Position numbers and translations under genes: made by a program. The notes under the pieces were generated by a model, which saw only the letters and a program-made list of their open reading frames with translations, was not told where the DNA came from and searched no databases. A stretch of DNA of 64,000 bases from Octopus vulgaris (lineage: Eukaryota), in the NCBI GenBank assembly GCA_951406725.2, contig OX597814.1, positions 216,008,001 to 216,072,000 of the forward strand, written 5' to 3'. Positions 27,501 through 38,812 of this stretch are shown here, in pieces; position 1 is the stretch's first letter, and each line of letters starts with the position of its first letter.

Positions 27501-30500
27501 GTTAGCGAGGCAAGGGGGTCGTAGAACGTTTAACCGCTAGCAGCAGCAGCCGAGGACTTGGGACCAACATCGTCTGGATTATTAAAGCAACGGCTAGTGA
27601 GTGATTGCTTTGTGCACCCCAAAAGTGCACTAGGATATTCACACACACAAGTGCGTTACAAAATTATCTTCTTTTTCTTGTAGCGTGACCAAATAACATT
27701 TAAAGTGAAAGGTTTTGGAGTGACATCTGGAGCAAAGACAAGGAGCGCAAGAAGGATGCTGAATGGCTGCAAGAACTGAAACAAACAGTAGTCTGTCCAA
27801 AATAGGCAGAACTAGTCATTTCAGTTAGGGAAATGAAAGAAATCAGCAAAAAAATTAGCAACTGGAAAGCACCGGAACCAGATGAAGTTTAAATCTACTG
27901 GAACAAAAGTTTTGGTGAATGTCATGCCCGAATAGTTGCGCAACTCAACACTTGGTCAAATGCTGACAAAGTAATACCAGAGTGGTTGACATTTGGTAGG
28001 ACAGTGCTGTGCCTGAAAAACATTGAAAAAGGCAATACAGTAGACAATTACAGGCTGATATCCTGTTTGCCACTTATGTGGGAATTATTGACTGGAATAC
28101 TCGCAGAGTCAATGTATGAACATCTGGCAAAAAATGGAGTCCTGCCACATGAGCAGAAGGGTTGCAAGCGTAAGTGCAGAGGTACCAAGGATCAACTCCT
28201 GATAGATAAAACTGTGCTCAGAGACTGCAAGAGGAGGAAAAGTAACTTAGCCATGTCATAAGGCATACGATATGATCCCACATTCTTGGATTATGGAGTG
28301 TATGAACCTATTTGGTATTGCATCGAATGTTGAGCGATTGTTTGGAGAAAGTATGGCGAATTGGAGGATGGACCTGACAGCATACAGAAGTTTAGAAATT
28401 AGGAGGGGCATCTTCCAAGGGGACTGCTTGTCCCCACTGATATTTGTACTGTGCTTGATACCACTAACACTGATTCTGAGGACAGCAAAGGCTGGGTATG
28501 TATTCAAAAGCCGCCATTTGTTATTCATGGATGACCTCAAATTTTATGGTAAAGATGAAGCCAAAGTCAGTTCCCTTGTTGATAGGGTGTATAATTTCAG
28601 TGCTGATATCAGAATGGAGTTCAGATTGAGAAAGTGTGGTGTGTTAGTCTTGAGGTGAGGCAAAATCAAATGTATGGACGAGCTATCGATACCATCAGGG
28701 GATGTTATGAAGCAGATAGAAGAGACAGGCTATAAGTTCTTGGGTATTTTGGAAATGGATAAATTGATGGAAAAAGAAATGACAGAAAAATTTAGGGAGG
28801 AGTACTTACACAGACTGAGTCTGATCCTTAAGTCGAAATTAAATGGACAGAATAAGATTGCAGCTATCAACACCTGGGCAGTTTCACTCCTTAGATATGG
28901 AGCAGGAGTAATCGCATGGACAGTAGACGAACTAAACAGCTTAGACAGAGAGACAAGGAAGTTGCTAACTAGATATGGGGCACTCCATGCAAAAAAGTGA
29001 CACAGACAGACTGTATGTAGCAAGAAAAAGAGGGGGAAGAGGACTTATTGGATGCGAGCACAGCATTAGAGCAGAAGAAAACAACATAGCATGGTATGTA
29101 AACAATGCTATGGAACTGCTATTATTAGAAGTAAGAAGGTCAGGCTTGTGTAGGATGAAAGATTGCAAAGATAAAGCACTATACAAGAAATTGAAAATGA
29201 ATGAAACTGAAAATAGGTGGGTTAAAAAATAAAATGCATGGTCAATTTCATAGGGATGTTGAAGATAAGACAGACAGAGAAAAATGATGGCTGTGGATGA
29301 CTAAAAGTGATTTAAAACCAAAAACGGAGACACTAATCTGTGCTGCCCAAGAGCAAGCACTAAGAACAAACTACATAAAATACAGAATAGACAACACAGC
29401 AAAAAGTGATAAGTGCAGAATCTGTGGACAAACGGTGAAACCATATGGCATATTACCAGCCAATGTACACCACTAGCCCAGAAGAAATATATGAGACACC
29501 ATGACAATATAGCCAGGCTTGTCCATTGGACACTTTGCAACAAGTATGGATTTCGTAGTAAAGATTGTTTGCCAATATAACATGGCAGTCCTGGTTTAGG
29601 ACTAATGTTACTGTAATTTAGTGCCAGGAGATATTGTCTCCAGCTGGCTATAACGACACAATCTGATGAGATACAGTTTGGATTTGTGTCAGGCAAGAGC
29701 ACAACTGATGCTATATTCATAGTTAGGCAATTTAGGAGAAATAGAAAGCCAAAGATAAACCCCTGTATCTGGCTTTTGTTGACATGGAGAAAGCCTTTGA
29801 CAGGGTCCCCTACTCCTTTATCTGGTGGTTAATGCAGAATCTAAAGATAGATGAGTGGTTGGTGAGTGCTGTACAAGACATGTACATGGATGCTATAGGT
29901 AAGGTGAAGGTTAGAAACAAGTATAGCCAAGAATTCAGCGTAAAAGTAGGGGTTCACTAATGATCAGTCCTCAGCTCCCTCTTGTTCATCATAGTCCTCC
30001 AGGTAATAACAGAGGAATTTAAAATGGGCTGCCCCTGGGAGTTTCTCTATACCAATGACATTCTTCATATAGCTGAATCACTACCTGAACTAGAGAAGAA
30101 ATTTTAAGTGTGGGAGCAAAGTCTTGAATCAAAGGCCTTAGAGGATTTTAGCAAGAACCCAAGTCTTAGCATGTAGAAGAGCAGACAAATCACAAACCCC
30201 TTCAGGTTCTGCTCAATCTATAGAAACGGTGTAGGTAAAAACTCCATAAAATGTACCCAATGCACGTTGTGGGGCACATAAGAGGTGCAGCAATATCAGA
30301 GGAAGTTTAACAGGAAAATCAGTTTTTGTGTCTGGCAGAATCACAGGTAGAGTTAATACTAAAATTGTACAGAAAATAGACTCCATCAAATTTCAGCGGG
30401 GTAGACTAGAAGTAGCTGATAACATCCATTACTTAGGTGACCAGGTCGGTAGTGGGAGTGGAAGCTCTGAGAGCATAGCCGTGAGAATACGAATAGGCTG

Positions 30501-32056
30501 GGCTAAGTTCAGAGAGCCCCTACCTCTGCTAGCAACAAAGGGCCTCTCTCAGTGAAAGGCAGATTTATGAAGCCTGTGTGTGAACAGCCATGCTACATGG
30601 CCGTGAAACATGGGCTATAACAGCCAAGGACATGTGTAGGCTTGAGAGAAATGAAGCCAGTATGCTTCGCTGGATGTGCAATGTCAGTGTGCATGTTCGA
30701 CAGAGTGTAAACATCTTGAGAAAAAACTTAACCATAAGAAGCATCAGATGTGGTGTGCAAGAGATACGACTGTGCTGGTATGGTCATGGGATACACATGG
30801 ACAAGGACAGCTGTGTGAAGAAGTGCCACACACTCTAACAGTGGAGGGAACCTGTGAAAGAGACAGACCCAGGAAGACATGGGATGAGGTGGTGAAGTAT
30901 GACCTTAGAACATTGAGCCTCACAGAGGTAACCAAGACCTTTGGCGATATGCTGTGTTTGAAATGCCTCATCAAGCCAAGTGAAATCATAGTTAGGCCTC
31001 ACAGAGACAGTGACAAGTGACTGAGAGCTTTGGTAATATAGCATGTTTAAGAAGACCTGTCAAACCAAGTGCGCTCATAGATGTGGTTGATGCCAGTATT
31101 GTGTAACAAGCACCCATGCCAGTGGCACGTAAAAAGCACTACTACACACTTGAAGGGGTTGGTGTTAGGAAGGGAATCCAGCCATAGAAACCATGCCAAA
31201 TCAGATTGGAATCTGGTGCAGCTCCCCAGTAAATGATGATGACGATGGTGGTGGGTGGTGGTGGTGATGATGGTGATAATGATGATGATGATGGTGATGA
31301 TGATGATGGAGGAGGAGGAAGAGGAGGAACATGATACAATGCACAACAAATACGTCAACCAACCTTTACTATTTCTGTGTCTTTAGGGAAAACAACAAAG
31401 TAAACATCTTTGATATTAGCGGAATTTGGAGCTGACTCTTTGACTGCTTCATACATAGTTCCAGGTAGTTTTTCAATGGGATAATTCAATACTCCAGCTC
31501 CTAATATAGGAAATGCAAGGCTTTCTGCCCCGAGACATGAAGCATTTGCTAGACAAGAGTATACCATGCGAGTCAAGTTTTGCAATATCTGAAAAAATAA
31601 TTGTTTAGTAATTGATAATTAACATTTTATTAAATTATTTTCTTATTACAGGAAGAAATCATTAAGTTGTAATGAAAATATTCTTTCAGTTCTATATTTA
31701 AGAGAGGAGGAATTATGTACATTATTAACATTTGACAGATATTTGTCCTCATCTTGTTTGTTGTTAACAATGTTTCGGCTGATATACCCTCCAGCCTTCA
31801 TCAGGTGTCTTGGGGAAATTTCAAACCTGGGTTCTCATTCCTAAAGTATTTTTCGTTATTGTTGTTATTATTACTATTATAATTATTATTGTTGTTGTTG
31901 TTGGTGTTGTCATCGTTGTTGTTGTTGTTCAGGTCACTGCTTGGAATCGAACTGAGAATTTTGGTGTTAATAGCCTGCACTCTTAACCACTATGCCATAT
32001 GCCCGTGGACTACTAACCCTAAGATTCCGAGTTTGATTCCAAGCAGTGACCTGAAC

Positions 32057-32090
<34 letters not shown>

Positions 32091-35000
32091 TTAACATTGA
32101 AAAATACCTTAGGAATAAGAACGCAGGTTCAAAATTTCCCCAAGACATGATGAAGGCTGGAAGGTATATCAGCCGAAACGTTGTGTTAACAATAAACAAG
32201 ATGAGGACAAAAATCCATCAAATGTAAATAATGAATATATTCTTTGATCAACACATTGCACATGGAATTTGTTGTTTCAACCAGAAATGTTTTACAGATT
32301 CAAATAACATTAAACAACTTCTAGTGATTATTGGATTAACAGATCATGTGGTCATTGGATTAACACATCATTTGACAGAAGGATCAACACAGATCATGTG
32401 ATAGCAGGAAGTCTGGTCTGAGTGAAGATATGGATGCTGTGAATGGAAAGAGAAATGTTCCAAGATTTGGCGGTTGCACAGTGTAATTCAGGTGGAATTT
32501 TGTAATTAACAAAAACAATAATAGGGAAGAGGAGAGATTAATTATTATTTACAAGAGGGAAATCTGGGTGAGAACATACTGCAAGAAGCAACAAAACCAC
32601 CCACAAGGCAGGGTGCCACAGGCACAAAAGACTCTACACTGCACACAAGAGACTATGGTTGAGTCGAAATGTTCAGGGAATATCTACAATAGAGTCTACA
32701 TCAATTTCAAACAACCAGAATTCATGCTTTGGAAATTGTACAGAATACCACAACACCAGACTGTCACACTGTAGCCCATACTGTACGTCACTGGACATCA
32801 AAGTACATGCTTCTGTCTTGAAGCAGACGGAAGTGTTGTATGACTGGAAAAACACATCTGTGGATTGTGCATAGTTTTATGGACAATTCCGTTCATGCCA
32901 CAGGGATGCTGGATCAATGATAACCTAGGGTTGTACAACAACTCTTTCAATAAATCAATATAATATGATTGATACTTACTGAATCAGAGGAATTTTCATC
33001 CCAGGAAGGTAATGCCAGATGAAATACATTCTTACATTTGAGGTTATATCCTTTAGTGATGGCTATTTTAGATGTAGAAATACCTTGAGGATAATTCTGG
33101 TTACATTCAACTTGTATCTCTGGACCAGCAGCATTGAGAATAAATTTGGAGATAGAACCATCATTAAGCTGGAGGTGTTCATTGGTGCTGTTAACGATGA
33201 CATCAACCTACAAAAGTAATTAATGGTAAACAACTAAGGAACATTCCATGGAGAGAAGAGAGATACATTGTTGCAGTTGATATTGTTGTTAAGAAAGGCT
33301 CTACAGAATGGCTGTAGTAAGTTTGAGGTTGTTAAAGTTAGCAAAAGATTTACTCAAGATATCAGATGTGAAGGAAATGAAATGTTTGAGTTAGATTGAG
33401 AAAATGTTTTAATTAACTGTAATGATTCCTCATTTGGAAATGAAATAACAATTAAATATAAATATGTTAAGTGAATCTATTTACTCACAGATACATTAGA
33501 AATTGAACCAATCATTAAGTTTATTTTAATGCCAGCATTTTCTCCGGATGCCACATTAGTTCTGGGTATGATAGAGACTGTTTTCAGTTGTGGACCAGGA
33601 AAGGATGGGCTTGATAATTTAGTTTCTGGAAATAAACAAATATCAGTGTGTCATCATTATGACCATCATCATCGTTCAACATCTACCTTCCATGCTGGCA
33701 TGGGTTGGATCATTTGACAGGAACTTGCCAGGTAGAAGATGGCACCAGACCTCTATGTCTGTTTTGGCATGTACAGAAGTCTGGTGCAGTTTTCCACCTG
33801 GCCACACACCTACTGATGCAAGTTGAACAAAATGACATATAAAGACACATCCATCATAGCAAAAGTGAGGTCCTAAATGCATTGTGCTTATTCCTGTCCA
33901 TATTGGGCCCTACACTGACATTTGCCCATGTCAACCATACCCTTCACCACATCTCATTTTCCTAACACCCATCCCTCCATTACACTTCTAACTATGGCCC
34001 TACTTTGTTGCTGTAAGCATTTGAGAGCAGAATCTGCACAACACTTCTCACCCCTTTTCATTAATACCAGTTGCCTCTCTTTCATCATCATCATCATCTC
34101 CGTTCGTACAACCTTCCATTGATCATCCCTTTTTGCCCCTTCCCTAATCTTTCCCTTCCCACTCCTAGCTACATCTTAGTTTGCCATTCTTGATGTTTAA
34201 CACTTCTATATGCATTTATTCCCAACGCCCTCTCACATCCGTTATCAATACTCCCTCCAATTTTGTCTCCCCACTCACTATAGCCATCCTCATGTATCTC
34301 TAACTCCCATCTCTGTCCCAGTTGATCATCATCATCAACCCATCCCTTCCACTGTCACATCCTGTGCATCATCTCTGTACTTCCTTGTCTATGAATTTAT
34401 GATTCTGCTGCTCTCCTCTGCTACTCCTACGTTGCTACTTGTCACTCCCTCCTACCCAAACCTCATCTAACTCTCACTTGCCCCACTCCATACAGATATT
34501 TGCCATCAACTCCACCCCAAACCATTGTTCCTCACTCACTACATCCACCTCTAGCCCCATCACTAACCATCTGCCACGCCTCTCATCCCATATTCTTATG
34601 AAATTACCCTCTCTTTCTTACCTTCCTCATCCACATTCTATATTCTCTCCCCATACACACATCCTTGCAAACTGAGAGTATGCACTTGCACCCTATGACC
34701 ACCATCTTTCTCCCTTCCAGCTACTTTCATTCACTTTTGTAAAAAATATAAGCAAGTCGTGAATTTCCCCCATATCAAGACACCCCTACTTGACCCTCTA
34801 TCAAATCTCTCCTACCCCGGATATAAAGCCACCTACCCGTCTCCCAAATTCACTCCCACCCACTTTCACAGGGCTCTTTCCATTCTTCACTTTCTATTAC
34901 AAGTTACTTGGTGACCTCACTAGCACTGGGGTCATGGAAAAAGCAGCTTCCGGTCCACACTGTAAAGTGCTTGGTATTAAGAAGGGCAGCCAGCCATGGA

Positions 35001-38000
35001 AATCATGCCTAATGCATCTCACCAGATCCTGTCAAACTGCTTAACCCAAGCCAAAATGGAAGATGGACATTAAATGATGAGCAAGGCATATAAATTGTCT
35101 AAGACTCCATAAGAGAAATACCAGGCACTTGTACATTTGTCAACAGAGAAGTTGCGTTAATCATAAAGTTTACAATATCTTAAGTAACACATCTGGTTGT
35201 GGTTGCTGTAGGAGACAGCTAGTGAAGGGACTCCATCAAAGGTTATGTCCCTGGCCCCAAATCCCTGAGTGAGAAATAACTGCCAGTAAAGTGGAGTTTG
35301 AGTGTGGGCAGTATGGAGTTGGTGCAGGAAGCAGGGACTTGGAAAGAGGACATGGGAAGGCACCCAAGCCTTTAAACTCATGCGGATGCATATCTATGTG
35401 TTTATGTGCATATGGTTCGGTGTAGTCAGTATTGGACTCTTAGGTTGTGGTGTTGGAAAGACTGCTGGTGGAAATCGTAATGTTATGGTAGAGTTTGTAG
35501 ATAACTGATCACATACTATTTTTCATGCAGGCATATAATAATAATAATAATGAAATTATTGTATACAGTGCTCAGGTGCACCACAACTTGTCAAAAGTGC
35601 ATATAAAGTATATGCAGTAATGTACAAATGTCTGGGAAGCGAACAGTGTATGAATCAGATACATGCTTGTGTGCGTATGGAGGGGAGAAAATCAGGTGTA
35701 GTGTTGGCGAATCTCAGGAAGCATGGAAGTTTTGAAGGATGCAGTGCTCCGACAACTAACAACTGATACCGGCAGTTTGTTCCATGCTTCAGCAACTCTT
35801 AGCATGAAAAAATGTTTCCGAAAGTCATGGGAGTTGTGCTGTTTTCTGACTTTGTAAACATGTCCACGGGTGTTAGACAGATGAAGTTTGAAAAGGTGCT
35901 CAGAGTTGTTGTTTGTAAGATGGTTAATAATTTTATGGGTGTCTGCCAGGTCAGCTGCCAGACGTTGGAGTTACAATGTATCCATGCCCAGAGAAGTAAA
36001 ACTCACCCTTGCAGTTCAAGCTTTAGTTAAGTGTCTGAATGAAGAGAGTTCTTGAATATTGTTCTTTTCTAAGCAAGGTTTAACCTTCCCCGTCTGCTAC
36101 TATTGAAGTAACGGTTGCACCTCCCTATCACTCTCTACTTGATGTTATAATCCATGGCATTTTTCTTCAATAACCATATGTGTCTAGCCAGGGTTGTGGC
36201 ATTATGTCTCTCCTGGACATTAATGGAAATTTTTAGGATTGTTAAATATGGTTCTGAAAGGACCTTTTGTCATACCCACATATTTCCACATATTCTTCTG
36301 CTTGCTAAAGTAATAGTCAAGTGATACTGAATGGAAATAAGTACAAGTTTTCACTGTATAATATGCTGAATAGTAATACAAAGACAGTTCATAATTACTG
36401 AGAAAAAAATTAATAGAAACAATGAAAATGTCTTCTCACAAAACTGACTGACACAGCTTTGAGAAGCACCTTAGGTTGTTCTAAGCAGAAAAAGAAAAGT
36501 GAGAACATCTGTGAAGTATCAGAGCTCATTCTGTCTAGAAATGCAAAATAACAATTTGAAGCTGGAAACACAAAGCACAATCATTGAGTCAAAAGAGAAT
36601 TGGAGTTGGAGAAATGTAAGATTTTATGGGACTTTCCTATTCAAATGGAGAAAAAGTTAGAAAACAAAAGACTAGATATTACAGTCATAGATAAGGAAAA
36701 GAGAAGCTGCTTACTTATCGACCCATTATGTCTGTTTGATTCCAGGATCGTAAAGAAGAAGAAAAACAAAGTAAATACAATCCCTTAAAATTTGAAATAG
36801 GAAGAATTTGGAGCATGCAAACAGTAAAGGTGGTGCCTATAATAATTGGTGTGTTGGGAACAGGAGGCCAAAATATAGACAAATGGCTGAAGGATATTGA
36901 AATAGAATACCCGGTAGAGCTTCTACAGAAAGTTTGTCTTTTAGGTACAGCAAGGATTATCAGGAGGGTTGTAAGCACTTGAAAGACTGCTAAAAACTTG
37001 TGGCTACCTGAGGCTGCAGGTAGTAACTTGCTATCAACATAATTCCTTGCAGAAATAAAACCAAAATAGTAATTATCAGTAATGTTTAACATAGAATGAC
37101 GTGACAAGACACCGTAATATTCAATATTAACAAACAAATGTTTTACCTCTGTTTCGGAGATATTCATCAAATTCCTGTTAAAACAAAAAAAAATCACTTT
37201 ATATTTTTATTTTCCCATTTTTGCAAAGAGAAGAGATTTAATTTAACAAAAACAAAATATTAGAAATATTTAATGATTTATTTCTACTCTGTAATAAGGA
37301 AATGAGGAAAATTACTTTGTCACTCAGATCAAAGATATTCTATCCATGGCCTTCCTGCCTTTTGGGAGACATGAGACCTGTGTCAATATGGTAATACAGT
37401 GAATAGAGCAGAAAAACCTCCCATGCTTTACATGGCCACCAACATGGTGTTAGTGAAGTTAAACATGTGGTAATGGTGTCTTCATGTAGCTGAAGTTCTA
37501 CTGTTTTTTTTTCTATCCAGTTACCATCATGGTTAGAACCGTTGAACCTTGTGTTTGCAGTCAAAATGTCTATCAAGAATGTTGAATTTGAGGCGTTTTT
37601 GTTACATCCTGTTTGTCCAAAGCTATTTCAGGAACAAACAGGAGTACAAGGTAATTATTTTTACATTGTAAGGAAGAATGAGAGGAAACCTGACAATTCA
37701 GACCGTGGTCCTTCATAACAAAGAAAAAAGAAAAGATTCAAAGAGAAAAAGGTTCTCAAACAATTCTACAGTGGACAGAAATTTCCTCCATCTTTTTGTT
37801 ACAGTGGAAAGGCATAAATATTATATTTTGGTATTAATACTGCTTCTATCGTTATTATTTTTAATAGACCTTCTGGCTATTAATTATCTTTAATAAGCCT
37901 TCTGGCGATTAATTACTATCTGATGTACCCAGTAATTCCCAGGAAAGCAGGGCTTATCCCTTGGTTCCATTCTCATAATAGTTTCACTAATCCAGTGACA

Positions 38001-38549
38001 ACAATACAATGTATGTAGCCCTTAAAACGGTTTTTGTGTATTTACACAGGATCTTGTTTTTAAGAATTCCTAATAAGTTATGAATACCTAAATTGTGAAG
38101 TCAGTTATATAATAACATGAAATTAATTACCCAATAGTAAGAATTCAAATAAAGTAGCCCCGAAAAGGGCTTTAATATGTTCCCAGAGTTTATAGAACTT
38201 AGGAGGAAATACTAATAAGTTATGTATACTAAAATTGTGAAGCATGTTATGTAATAACAGGCTACTCAGATATGAGATAATAACACTTCAAAGTAAATAA
38301 CTCTGAAAAATGCTTTTGTGCATTCACAGGAACTATTACCCTCAGTGGTGCTAGTGTTGTTAAATTCATGAATAACTCACTAACCGAAATAGGTGGATCT
38401 ATTGTTTAGGTAAATACTATTTACTTGTTTAAGCGTTGTACTGGATAAACTGTGAAAATAACTCAAATAGTTCAATTACTAAGAAATAAGCATACTCAAT
38501 TTGATTTATACCAAATAACTTATGAACATGAATGGGTTATTTCCCTTGG

Positions 38550-38612
<63 letters not shown>

Positions 38613-38772
38613 TAAATAAATGGAGTTTAACTCAGGTGTAATCAAATATTTTTACTTTCGACACATGTTTCGAAAATTCCACTGATACTATTCAAAAGAA
38701 TAAATGGTAAAACAATGCAATCTTCTCCTTATTTTTTCCGTGTTAATTGTTAGCAAGGTAAAAATTACACTC

Positions 38773-38812
<40 letters not shown>

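Larger units (their letters stand above)
31686..32235. mobile_element. Head-to-head pair of a tRNA-headed repeat with a hammerhead-like 3' module
   Basis: 31686-32008 (-) and 32009-32235 (+) are reverse complements; tRNA-like head ggcatagtggttaagagt..gttcgattcc, (AAT/AAC)n spacer, then CTGATGA..GAAAC. Confidence 0.8.

Noticed and set aside
31930-32005. Possible tRNA gene (also 12764-12835 and 43450-43505)
   Set aside because: No complete cloverleaf or acceptor stem, and the sequence runs on into repeat bodies; these are SINE heads
33019-33219. Triplicated plus-strand ORF MKYILT... (also 46385 and 60269)
   Set aside because: Antisense shadow of macro exon B; the splice sites and domain motifs are on the minus strand
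36715-37197. 160-aa minus-strand ORF duplicated at 50080-50562
   Set aside because: Mostly antisense to a LINE endonuclease relic; it only overlaps the micro-exon, in a different frame
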